Shown in pieces: positions 14,401-28,275 of a stretch of DNA of 64,000 nucleotides. Below the pieces are notes generated by a model. That model made no database searches. It was given only the letters and a program-made list of their open reading frames with translations, and was not told the DNA's origin. Position numbers and translations under genes: made by a program. Source of the stretch: Octopus bimaculoides (lineage: Eukaryota); assembly GCF_001194135.2 (NCBI RefSeq), contig NC_068993.1, forward strand, positions 62,819,910-62,883,909, in the 5' to 3' direction. Position 1 is the first letter of the stretch, and every line of letters begins with the position of its first letter.

Positions 14401-17400
14401 ATTAGGCCACTAGAAACTTGTTCATCTCTAAAAATGAGAACTTTATTACCAGCAGCTCCAGATATTTAAACATTTATCTTTACTAGTTAACCTCTTTATT
14501 CCTTGAAAGTCTATTTCCCATATTGCACTTCATCCTTATTGTCCTGGTTCATCTGCCACATACAAAGTCTACTTTCTCCATTAGACTGCTGCCAGAGATT
14601 CTACTGCACCCTTTGTGTGTGTCCATAACTTGCACTGGGTACTCTGCATAGAACTTCTACATGTTGAGCAGGGTGGTTTCCCTGTTTACTAGAACTTTGG
14701 GTTTTGCTAAATTAACTTCAAGGCTCTTTGATTCTAGGTTTTGCTTCAATAGCTAGAATTTCTTCTCCAGTTCTACAACACATTCTGCTAAAAGATCAAG
14801 GCCATCAACATACAGTAGATCCCAAGGGCAACCCATCTTAAATTCCTTTGTTATGGCCTGTAGAGCTATGATGAACACAAAGAGACTGAGAATCAAGCCC
14901 TGGTAAACACTTACCTTACACAAAATTCGTTGCTCTACACATTGCTAACTTTCACCTCACAAACAGAAACATGGCTTGCATAGCTCTAACAAGTCATTCA
15001 CCAACCTCAGAGACCACCAAATCACAAAGTGAAAGACCCTTTTAAAGGCTTTCTCTAGGTTGAACAAAGCAAAGCAGCTTACTTTTAGTTAAATACTTCT
15101 CCTACAATTGTCTTACTAGAAAAAGAGCATCAATACCACCCTCCCTGGCACAAAACCAAACTGCATCTTGTGGAGACGAATTCTCTTCCTAAGAAACTGA
15201 GCTCCAACTCTTTCCATAACTTTCATGACCTGCTCCAGCAAGCTGATAACTTTGTAATCACTTCAAACTAAGGCACCTCCTCCTTTCCCCTTGTAACAAT
15301 TATTCAGTATAATGCTGCTGCTGCACCAGACATCAGGTTCAACACCCTCCTGTATAACCCGATTAACTTTACAGGTGACTGGGCTGTATTCTACTCCAGA
15401 TATTTTAAGCACCTTAACAGTGATTCCTTATAGACCAGGGGCTACAAACATGTGCAAGCCTGTATGCATGCACACACATACACTCTGTGGGAATCACATG
15501 TCTTTTATATGCAGAAAATGAATTTCAATAACCAGATAAACACCAAGAAGAAGAAATAACAAACAAATAATAATAATAATAGTAAAAGAAGTTGTATAGC
15601 ATGGCACACAAACACAAAATACAACAAAACACATATTAGGTATAAAAGAAAAAAAAAAGAAAAAAGAAAAAAAAAAGCTTATAACACTGTTCGGTTCTAC
15701 TTAATTCTAATTCTGAAAGCAAATATAATATATATATTTATCAACATCAGAGCTGCAATGTTCTTTGACTGCAGCTAACAAAGCAAAGTGCAAAGCAATT
15801 TGAGACGGTAAAGGGAAAGTCTATTTTTAATAATTAGCTTTGTAGACATATGACAATATCTTTGATTCTGTTAACTGAAAGAAGAGATAAAGAAGTGAAT
15901 TTCAATGGTGTATGTGTTTAATAAATGGCCCAACACTACAGCCAAAAATGTAACAAAATCTATTTTAGCTCCAGTTTTAGAGTTAAGTATGTTGCCAAAC
16001 ATGGACAAGAAAGTAATAAAAATACAAAAGTGAATATAAACTAAAATAGCTACAATACATCTATTCATAACATTTCTGAAGTGAAACAACTCACAGTAAA
16101 ACCTAATTGGAGGTGGTGGCCACCAAAACAATAATTAGAACAATAATTGGTTTGTTTTGTTTTGACTTTTTTTTTTCTTTTTAATGTATGCAACACAGTC
16201 AGAAAATGTGTTCATTTCCCCAGAGGGTAATTTTTACTAACAATGTCTGCATTTTAAGTTTGAAAAAGAATCAATTGGATTTTAAGTGAATTCATTTTGA
16301 ATCAAGGCAAATATAAATAGAACAAAGAGAATGGTACTGGGAAACTTATTGAAAGGTGAAGAGATAATATCTTGTTATGGTCATTGTGGTAGTTAAGTCT
16401 GACTGCAGTATCAGAACTGCTCTCAAGTTAAGATCAAAAGCGTTCTATCCATGACCATCCCAGCTTTATTTCAAACATAGTGTATCTGAGACATTATGTC
16501 AGGTATTGTTTTTTTTTTTAAACTGTACAATGGGATTTAAGGAAGATTTGACTGCTATGTCTAGCAGGTTGAATGGTCATTAAGAACCCCCCTCATTAAC
16601 TTAGACAATGAAATTTATTACTTTATTTACTTCAGTCTGGCTGGCTAATCACAGGTAATATTACTTTCACAGTTGAGTGCTTAAAAATGGTGAGGACAGG
16701 TATTCAACTGTGAAAATACTGGCTCCAACACTATGCAAATGCAGAAATTCACAAGAGTCTCACTGACACAGGAAAATTATTGCAGAACAGTAATAAAAAT
16801 AAAAGAGAAAAACCTTCATCTCAGACAGTCATCAGCTTTTTTTCTACACAAACTGCTATTTATTAAATAGCCACTTCTTTTTACAACCTCTTTCACACAG
16901 ACTTCTTGAGACTAATCAAAACCATTATTTCACACTGTATAGGAACTGATTTTAAAGACCAGCTGGAAGGATGGTCACAGGCAGAGAGGAGGAAAGGCAT
17001 AAATGCAGGATGCAGACCAGAAGAAGAGAATGGCATTACTTACAGTATGTATGGAGGTCCTGGAGATCAATAGTTCCACCCACAACACCGCCTTTCGAGA
17101 CAAGCATAGAACTGCCCAATCCTGCAGTAACTTTCATGTTTTTATGGCCAAAACTATCAATAGAGAGTCGGCCCTGGCTCTTGATATCTTTGGTGGCCCA
17201 ACTTTGGAGAAAAGAAAAAAAGAAATTGTAAAAATAACAACAGCAGAGGAAACTTGGCTAGACAACATTTCATCCATAAAATTAAATAAAAAGACTAAAT
17301 AGCCAAGAGTAGTCAGATTATATCAATAACAACAGCAACAGTTATGCAAGGCAACTCACAAATGAACCAAAGTATTTTAGCTCACATGATAATGCAGATG

Positions 17401-17690
17401 AAATTTTATTCAGTGTTTAGAAAATGCGTAAAAAGTAAAAATTTAAAGAAACGTGTAGGAGGCATTATGTGTGAGAAAGCAGATGGGTGTGTGTATGAGT
17501 TAGTATGCATGTGTGTGGTGTTTGGATGCACAAATGTAAGCTTGCGTAGGGCATACGTTGATATATTCCTGTATATGCATACAGATCTGTATATATGTGG
17601 TTAGATTGGAGCCTGGTGCAGCCGCCCAGCTTGCTAGTTGTCAGTCAAACCATCCAACCCATACCAGAATAGAAAGCAGCAGCAGCAGCA

Positions 17691-17727
<37 letters not shown>

Positions 17728-18997
17728 ACGACGACGATAGGGTACACATACATCAGGAGTGTTTATGCCAGGAGTATTTATGGTTTGCTGTGCTTGAGAA
17801 CACAAGACAAGCTAAGTAAATATGTGGTTGCCCCTGCATACAGGCTTGACCCCTACATCCCTCTTCAGTTGAGCATTCCTAATCTTGCAGGCTTGTGGGT
17901 ATCAGTGCCAAATAAAAGCACCCATAATGGTACTGCGTAAAAGCACCCAGTACACTCTGTAAAGTGGTTGGCATGAGGAAGGGCATCCATTCATAGAAAC
18001 CATGCCAAAACATACATGGAGCCCAGGCAGCTCTCCAACTGACCGGCTTCTCTCAAACCGTCCGACCCATGCCAGCATGGAAAATGGATGATGATAAGAG
18101 ACATCTGTAGATGCCTGAATCCAACAAACATAAATGGTATATTTCCCAAAGTGAACTTCACTGCAAGTTTCTAGTGTTGCAGACTTGAAGGACAATGATA
18201 AGAGACAGACAGATGGATCCACTTCAGCCAGTTTTAAGTGGACAACAGACAAAAGGTCCAGAGATAATTTCAAATGAATACAACTTCTCTATAAACTGCA
18301 TTGTGTTACTTCTCATAAAAAATTCATTTCTTGTAGCAATTTATTCTTATCGCTTATTTCAAAAATGACCCCAGGGGGAAATGGAAATCAAAGGCATTGT
18401 CTGCCAGCAAGATTTCAATGCAAAACATTGGTGGTACACCAAATTGTAAAGCATCTCATTTGGGTTTCTCAACTATGTCCGCTTTCTAAAACCTCTCCAT
18501 ATAAAAGGAGAAGTGATGCGTCTTTTTTCTTTTCTTTTTGATTTAAAAAAAAAAACGTTCTGTCACACACACACTAAAAATGTAAAAGGAGAAAGAGAAA
18601 GTAGTGGCTATACTATTACCACAACCACACTACCACCATCACTACAACAACCAACAACTGCCACTACATCAACCACAACCACCAACACAGCACAACGACC
18701 ACTAATAAGACAACAACTTCCGCTATTTGCACAACAGTGACCACCACCACCACCACCACCACCACCACAACTAACAGTGAGAATGGAAAATGGAAACAAA
18801 GAGCTAAACCCACAAACCCAATCTCTAATCTCTATCTCCCAATCATTTGTCTAACCGGATTCTCAGTACGTAATTTCTTGTACGTAATTTAATTTAATAA
18901 TAGAATTAATAAATGTACGGCATTTATCTATTTATCTTTGTGGAGAAAGAGGGAGGCAGAGCTTTCACTAATTTATTGGCAACTGTGTCTTTATTTT

Positions 18998-19045
<48 letters not shown>

Positions 19046-20045
19046 ACATTCTTCATTTTATCTACATCTTTTGTTGTTGGTGTTTTTTTAGCTAGACATC
19101 AATAAAATGTCATTATCAGCACTAATCTCTATGCTGGGAAAAAGTGTATACATCGTTGGCAAACTGATGTAGGAGAGAAATATTATGTTGCTGTTCTCTT
19201 GTTTTACTTATAAAACTTCATATAATTGCAGCAATAATAATAACATTACTGAGATACTGGCAGAATATTGTGGAAAAAACAAAGCTATTTTACAGGATAT
19301 GCACAAAAATTCCCCACTCTGTGTGTGTGTCTCTCTCAGAATTGTTCTACCCATCTATGTAATAACTTCTTCCCCTTCCAATATTCAATATGGCTTAGCT
19401 AAAATACACCAAACTGCTTGAGCTAACAAAGAAGTCTCTCTCTCTGTGTTTGGTTGAGAATGTAGAAATGGCAGCCAAGAAAATCTTCAAGCCACACAGA
19501 CATGATGTCTCATACTTACTGATTAACTTCATTTTCGTCTCAAAATCTTGAAAGCCTGTGAGGAACCATGGCATGCAAGTACACACACATTTTATAAGAG
19601 AACACAGGCACACATACACATAACAAATAGTTTTATAAATATCTCATCTTTTACTTGTTTCAGTAATTAGACTGTGTCCATGCTGGGGCACCAATTTGAG
19701 GAACTTTTTTAATTGCATTAACTGACTCCCGGTAATTTTATTTCTAAAGCTTGGTACTTATTTTATCAGTCTCTTTTGCCAAACTGCTCAGTGATAGGGA
19801 CTTAAGCCAACACCAGTTGTCAAGCAGTGGTAGGGGACAAACACACACACATGTGTATACATATATATATGCACAACATGCTTCTTTCAGTTTCTGTCAA
19901 CCAAATCCTTTCATAAGGCTTTTGTCAGCCCAAGATCCTAGTGGAAGACACTTGTCAAAGGTGCCACACAGTGGAACTGAACTCAGGACCATTTGGTTGG
20001 GAAACAAGCTTCTTGCCACACAACCACACTCCTTGCACATCCATA

Positions 20046-20096
<51 letters not shown>

Positions 20097-21483
20097 GCAT
20101 GCTTATAACCCTCACACACGCACAATGAGAGAAACTCTAGAAAGGTGGAAAAGAACAAAAATATCTAAAAAATAAAAAAAAGAGAGAAAGAAAAACGGAA
20201 ACTTACGTTGTATTGCCCATGACATTACTCATGTTGACGTTGACATCGAGGGTGGACAAGTTGACGGCAAACAGCACCAGCGTCTCCCATGCTGTGGACA
20301 CACCAGCAGTCTGGTGGCCCGAGTTGTTACGGTGCCGGCCCAATTCTGGGGAGAAATACTGACCAATTCCAGACTTGTTTTTGGAGGATGTTGCCTTTGG
20401 TGGTGGTGCACTCACTGTGTCAAGATTGGGTGCGTCTGGGGATGGTGGGACTGATGTACTGATACCTGTAGGAGGGGGGAGGGTGAAAGGGTGAGAGGAA
20501 TGAGAGAGAGAGAGAGAGAGAGAGACATATAAGATTGCACAGAGTAACAATGGGACTAAATGAAGTGACATTCAATTTTAGATTAGAGGCAACTGTAGGG
20601 AAGAAGGGTGGGGAGGGAGAGAGAGAGAGGGGGGGGGAGAAAGGAGGGGAGAAAAGTAATGAGGAAGGAGATGGACAGATAGACAGGGGGGGAAGTCTAA
20701 AAGAAAGAAAAGGAAGACAGAAAGACTAGCGAGAAGAAAAAGAGCAATAAATGAGAGAGGCAAGAAGGAATGGAAGAGAAAAAATAGAAAGAGGGGATGG
20801 AAAGACGAGAGCTGAGACAGACAGACAGACGTGATGGAGATTAAGAATAATAGGAAAATAGAGAAGAAAGCAATTGAATGAGTCTTGTGAGTGGATCTAA
20901 AAAAGAAGTCCGTGTGTGTGTAATTGTCTTGTTTATTTGAAGCTTTTTTTTTTTCTGTGGTCTAAAACAATTTTTAAAAACTCTTCCATTTATGGCCAAA
21001 TAAGTAAAAACCCAGGACTCACACATTTTGTCCAGCCTTCTCTTCACGTACTTTTCTTTCTATATAAAGGATTTGACAAAGCAGTGTCTAATGGCTGTTT
21101 ATTCTGGCATTCACAATTAACCAAATATCAGACATTATAAACTTTGCATCACTATTCCAAAAGTTCTTTGTATTCCAAACTTCTACATTTCGTATCAAGT
21201 TAATTTTCACTTCAATACTTAGAATTTGCTTCTTTTTTTTTTTTTTCCCCCTTTATTGCATGTATATCAAAACATCTATGGGGGGAGGGGGAGAAGCAAG
21301 AATCATAGAAGGAAGAGAAATTGAAAGAAGAGTTACGAAATCATATAATCAGAGGAACAAAACAGTGAGAGGTGGGGGAGAAAGAGAGAGATATGAATTG
21401 AGAGAGAGAGATGAACTAAGAGAGAAAGAAATGAACTGAAAGAGCGAGAGAGAAATTGATACACAGAAGGAGTAAATAGTGTG

Positions 21484-21532
<49 letters not shown>

Positions 21533-24500
21533 NNNNNNNNNNATATATACTAACTAAAATTCAAGTGTTTAGTAATTTTTAAAAAAAAACAGTTTTAAGA
21601 GAATATTTTAATATTCATAAAATCATGTAAAACACTGCATTTTATTACATTTTGTGTCTCCTCGAATGGATAATTAACAATTATGAAAATAACCTCACTT
21701 AACTGTCTGAAACGAAAACAAAAACAAAAATTTAAATTGTTGATTGAAGTGTCTACAATGCTGTCCGTTTTATGGGCTGCTGCCGCTTTGGAATTTTGTT
21801 CATGTTTCATATTGATCTCAGTCTCGATCTGTATGGTCTGTTTGCTACTTTGTGAAGATTTTCTTTTATTGCCTGACCACAGTTCCAGTTGAGCCCATCC
21901 TAGCTTCTTTTCAGAATTACATTGATATCACTTTCAATTCCCTTCTTTGCTATCCTCAAACTCACAAAGAAAATATTAAAGAAAAACACCCTAAAGATAC
22001 AAAAAATATTGACTGAAACAATTTCTCAGGTCACTAAACCTGCAATGAATTTAACAAGACATCTAGAGTTTAGTAATTAAGTGGAATACTGCAAGGAGAC
22101 ATCCTCTCACTAATTTCATAAACTTTCCCCACTCCTCCACCCAGCAAGCTATGCCTAATACAGCAGAGGGTGTTAAACTAAACTTTTTCCACCACTTTTT
22201 ATACATAGCTCTACCACAAATGCAAATATGTGTTAGCACAGAGTCTCCCTCAAAGAAAGGGCAAAAAAGAAACACAGGTTAAAAATAAGGCCCCACTAAA
22301 CTGTTATCACTTGTTTTATATATTTAATGAGCAGAAGAGATAAAACTATCTTCTGCACATTATCAGTCTCCCAAATTGCACTCATCTGCCATTGATTATT
22401 AAGTGTCTTCTACCCAAGGTTATAGTAAAAGACACTTGCTCAAGGTGCCAAGCAATGGAATTAAATCTAAAGTCATATGTTTATGAAGAGAACTTTCAAA
22501 TTATTCTGCTGTCACTGTGTTAGTAAAAATCTTAATCTAATTCATAATCGTTATCAACATTCTACTGCTTTTGTTTTTCAACATTAAATTAATACTAGCA
22601 ACACCAACGTCTTTGTTTTTTTTTTATATAAAACAATCCCCCCCACCCTTAGCATTTTTTGCCTTCTTCATAATGAACATATTAGATGCCAACTTTCTTT
22701 TTTTATAAACCAATCCTTCTCTTAATGGGTTGTTTTTTTCTTTTTCTTTTTCTTTACAGTGACCATTTTAGATATATCAGCATTGGGGGGAGGGGGGAAG
22801 AGGAAGGACAGAACCAAATAACAAAATAATGAAATACACCAAAGAGATTAATGTCAAACCAACAGACTGTATTTGTTGAGGTGTCTTTTGTTTTATTGTA
22901 TAATTCTTTTTTCCCCTAAATGAAAAATCTAACTGCACTGCCATTGCAACAGATAAACTTTGCAGCTAATCAGCACTGGTTAATAATTCATTAGATTAAA
23001 CAGTTAATCTTCATTTAACACCAGTTTTTTCTCCAAAGATTGTTTTGTTAGAAAAGTCATTAAGATAGAAAAACGTGAAATAATGAAAATCAATTTTAAT
23101 GAAATAAAGAATAAAAAGACTACAATTATTAAAAATATACTTCAAAGAAGTGTGTGTGTGCGTGCGCGTGTGCGTGTGTGTGTGTGTACATGTACTAAAG
23201 AGTGCACATATAAAGTTTCCCTAATATGTGTGTGACATACATTTGTTTTGGTTTAGTTTATCCCCAGTTTGGTAGGACAACCTCATATAACAACTAAAAG
23301 TCAGACTCCTCAGACTTTAAACCATTTCATCCAATCCAAAGAACCACCAATATTTCCTATGCCAAATTTCCAAACCATTTTTAAAGTGTGTGGGGTGGGC
23401 TCATATTTTGCGTCCTACACCCTAACACATCAGTACCCACCTAATCACTCAACATCACAAAGACACAACAACATCCGAGTGGGTACCACTAGAAACGCTG
23501 CTGAAGAGCTTCATTAGATTATCTGACACACTGGTTCTAAACCCTTTTCACTACCAAGGATCCTTTTCACTTTAATTTTCCAGGGGGCACCAAGTTTTCG
23601 AAAGGTCTGTCTACTCATCAAACTCATAGACAGTCCTCCCCCATCCCCACGCTACTGTTTCCTTTGCAGGGAAATACTGAGGCAAATCTGCTCAAACAAC
23701 TAAGTGTACCACACCAGTAACAACATCTTTTAGAATAGGAACAGAGTGAAAGACAGTGGAGTAGAGAGAGAGAAGTTGATTGCATTAGCTGCTGTAAAGT
23801 ATCAAGACTGGGGCCTTGCATGTCTAAGTTCACCCTTGGAGAAAAACATATTCTTAGATCAAATCAATTCACCGTTGCACTTCACATCTTACAAAATAAA
23901 AACTGATGACTTCCCCCAAAATTAATGAAAAAAAATAGTTTAAACATCTTCAGTTCAAAGAGTGCTTTCTCAGGCAATGCTATTACTGAACAATGTGTAG
24001 ACTCCCAGAACCAAAATTCCTTTGTTTGTGTTTCTCATGTACAAAAACGAATATACTTCTGGTTGCTGTGGTAAACAGCCTCAGACACTTGTGTATTCAT
24101 TATTTTGAAAAACAAAGAAAACTATTGATATTTCAGTCAATTATTTTACAGCATCAAAGAGATTGATTTTTTAGCCCCTGGTCATCCTTAACTAAGCAAT
24201 GGTAATCTAACCGTTTTTTTCTGTTTAGTTCAAAGTGTATTTAGGATAGCAGTCTCAAAGCATCCTTCTCATTTCAGTTAATAGGTCTTGATTTAAAGGA
24301 AATTTGGCTGCTAGTCTGAGCAAATCAAGAAACTATGTTGAGGCTCCCTCATTAGCTTATGCCTAGAACCAGTTACTGTTTTTTAGCCTTATGTCAGACA
24401 TAACACACCCGTCATCAGAGCCATCTCAGCTATAACCATTCTAACAATAGTAAGATTTCAGGGATATTTGTCAGTTATTTCTAGCAGCTTGAATGACCAC

Positions 24501-26189
24501 ATAAAATCTGCCCCATTGGTAACCCCATGAGTAGCATTTCACACTATCCATAGCCTCCTGTCCAATGAGTGTCGTTAACAGCTTTTAATAACTAAAATTG
24601 GTTACTACTTCACCAACTTGTGTGCAAAAAAAGAATAAGAGTGTGTGATGTTTCTCAAAGACATCAATATGTCTACAACTGGGAAATCGAAGTAGATTTA
24701 TAATCAGACAAACTAAGAATTTAGTTTATGCAGTTTTAAAACCTCAAAATTCCCTATGCTTTAAACTTAGTAATATCAAAGACATGTACATGCCATCAAA
24801 GAAGAATAAAGACATCGGAAGTAAAGTTGATAGGAAGGCAACTGATCTAGATACTATGAAGGACCGAATTCAGTGCTTGCCTCATATTTCTGAGTTCTTC
24901 ATTAGGGAGGGGCTAAAAATCACCAATAATGTTTCCTCAATCTATCTTCTTCTTTGTCCGTTAATCATTCTATTTAGCAGGGATGGGCATTTTGAGGGAA
25001 GGGAAAAGCTACTTCAGGTTTGAATAAAAACATAAGAATTTTTTTTCAATATGGTAACCAACGGCCGGCCATATGAGCCTTAAACGCTGTAAGAGAATTC
25101 AATTAACAAAGCAATATTAATAACAATGACAGCATTAACAACAACAACAATAACAATAACAGTTACAAATTTAATCACACTTCTAAACAGTCTGGGAAAG
25201 TAAAATAAAGCTACAAACTTATCTTTTCCTCTCTCAATGAAGTTTAGAATTTCTAATCCTTAAAACATACCATTAGCATCTAAGTATATAAGCACCAATT
25301 ACAAAAGAAATAAATCTTTAAAACATGAGAATTGGTAACAACAATTTATATTCTAAAATCAAAGGAATCTACCAACATTTGTTTATTCATTGATTCTTTT
25401 AGTTTTGTTTTACTGTGAATTTAGTTTATATTCCTTAAAATAAGACATCATTTCAGACCTGCACAGAAACCGTATTCAGTCAGTCTGTTGGTTTGTTATG
25501 CTTCTTTCTTTTTGCCATTTATTAATTACCGTTTCATTACTTTGGCAACATTCTGTTGTATTATGTTGTTATTTAGTTCCAAGTTGAGTTTGATCCCACA
25601 AACCTATCAACAAAAGCACTTTGTAGCCATCCTTTCTGTGTAGGGATATGTACGTAATGTAACTTCATCTTTTTTTAAAATAGTAGAATGTTATTTGGAG
25701 GAGATTAAACAGCTCTTTCTTGCAGATGGAGTAACCATACAAAGATTCTTTCTTTTGTTGCTGAAAAGGGCTTAAATGATTTAATATTTAGTTTGTTCTT
25801 TCATTTCTTTTTTTTTTTTCTACAATATCAAAGTGAAATGTTTAAGGTGATCCTGACATGAATCTTAACCACCTTTTTATGCCATCTTCTACAAGCAAGC
25901 TTACACCAACTGTAATGTATGAGCTCCTTTCAGTCTAGCTGCAGTAAGAGTTCCTAAAACACTGGTTAATAGAGAGAGTTATTAACTAAGGTGACAAGTC
26001 AGAGTAAATGCTAAATAACAGCCCCAGCAGGAGACATTTAGCCACAGGCACCATCCTAATCTTTTGAAACAAATAGTTGCAAAAAAACAATAATTATTTA
26101 GATAAATATTATTTTTGAATATTCACTGTATTATCTCCATTTTCGTCCTTGCTTAGCACAGATGGAATGAAATGGCAGTTAGACATTTG

Positions 26190-26226
<37 letters not shown>

Positions 26227-28236
26227 GACAGTTTTACAAATTAAGCCCTTTTGAATGAAATGCAGTGTATTTTGACGACAGACACCAGAAGCTTCTAAAC
26301 AAAGAAGTGAATTCTAATTATTTTTACTAGGTAGACAGAAGCAAATAAAATAACATGTCTTACCTAAGGATACAAAGTAAATGGCTGGAACAAAATTCAA
26401 ACTTATGGATAGCAGTGTATCCAGTTTCAATCAGATCCCTTTAATCTTGCTCTCTTTCCCATAAAATATGTACCCTGACCTCCTTACTAAGGTTTTCCCT
26501 CAATCCCACTAAATTCAAATCTGGATATTCTTCCTTTCCATCATTCAACCCACCCATGGGCATCAATCCATTTCTGCTGCTGTAGAAATCCATTTACCAT
26601 CACTAAAATACGTTTGCTCTCCTCGGTGGGGAAAATATATTTTAGACGTTCATTCATACATCAATGGTTTCTGGTGGTTTTATAAAAGAAAACCACTGAT
26701 TCAGAAAGCAGAAATTACTCAGCAAAAATACATGTTTATTAAAAGCTATGTGATGGAAAAACATTGATAGGAAAATAAACAAGACAGTCAGTGCAAGGTA
26801 AATGTTGTAAGATAAAAAAGAAAGAAGAGTTAAAAGAAAACTGCATAGATATAAAATTTTAAAAAAATTAAAAAAAAAAGAACTTAAAGAGAACAAATAA
26901 AGCCAACCTTTGCCTGAAAACTTTGCAATTTCAGCTTTTAATTCTTGACTGACTTGAATTTTCCATTTATCCCCAGACGATGCCCTTCTATGGTGCTTCT
27001 TGAAATGGTAGTTTTTAGAGCCAGAAGTCATCGGTCCAGCTAGGCGGCATTTTGAGGACGCAGTCGATAACTGACCAGAGAGATGACCATTGCTATCATG
27101 GCAGGAGTAGTCTTGGTCAATCAATGGTCCTGTACCGTTATATATATGCAAGGCAGGGGAAGTGAGTGATTTCATAACAGAAACAAACTGTGGTGATTCA
27201 CTGGTCACAGAACTACTGCAGGAGGAGCTAAACACATCTGCGATCAGGCAACAATATATAGATATGTAGATATGTAGAGAAAAAAAAAAAAACATAAAAA
27301 AAAGGGAGCAAACAATGATTACATAAAGCAAAACAAAGGGTATCATATAAAAAAAAAAACATGCACTGCTTCACATCAATACAATATCAGCACATACGGT
27401 TAAAACATGCTTCCACTGGGAATAATTCTAATACAGGGGAAAAAATAAAAACACACAAGTAAGTGCATCTGTGAAGAGTTTTGCTAAAAATACAGCTTAT
27501 TTAAGCATAAAAGCATTTAAACATTTAGCCAAAAATGTGCCTGCAAACTATTTCTAAGAGTAATCTCACAACATAAATAGATTAGCTGTATGAAATATAT
27601 CAATGTTTTATCAAATTCTGGATGTACAAATCTGTGGATAGCCATTATACATGGCCCCGGTGTAGGATAGTCTTTCCGATAGGAAATTTGAAGGTTTGTT
27701 TTTCTTAATTCTTTTTCAATATAATTTCTAAAGAGATTATTTTCTGCACTCTGTATTTTCAACTTTATTGAAAATGGTGCATAATAATAATATTTGCTTC
27801 TAACATAAATTCATGGTGAGAAATTTGGGCTGGGAGGGGAGTAGTTAATTATAATGACCCCCACCCCACCTTGACAGGTACTTTATTATCGACCCTGGTA
27901 AAAAGATAACAAACTAAGTTGACTTCACTTTTGTATTTGGCTTGCAAGATTCTTGATGCAAATTCACGAGTTGAAACAAATCTTGCTGTGTCTTGGGAAG
28001 GTCAGTACACCAACAATGATAACACATGCACTGATTAAATATTACTTCATTATTGTTAGTCAATTAGTTAGCATCTAGCCAACTAATTAATCGATCATTT
28101 GTTTAATGTGCTAGTTAAACACACAATCAGTTTTTTGTTAGTCAAAGTCCTGTCATTGCTATCAAGGTCTGATCAATTAATTAGTCGGTTAGGTATTTGA
28201 CCAACTGACAAACAAAGTGATATTGAACCAGAGTGT

Positions 28237-28275
<39 letters not shown>

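Noticed and set aside
17558-17940. PolyQ/P/T and polyS/R ORFs
   Set aside because: Translation of a microsatellite in a SINE tail.
21680-21707. Strong acceptor tttgttttcgtttcag
   Set aside because: Stop codon immediately in the phase-1 frame and no convincing donor.
23715-23726. 12-nt phase 1-1 candidate (DVVT) after a CT-rich tract
   Set aside because: AAG acceptor combined with a poor GTGTGG donor; too weak to call.
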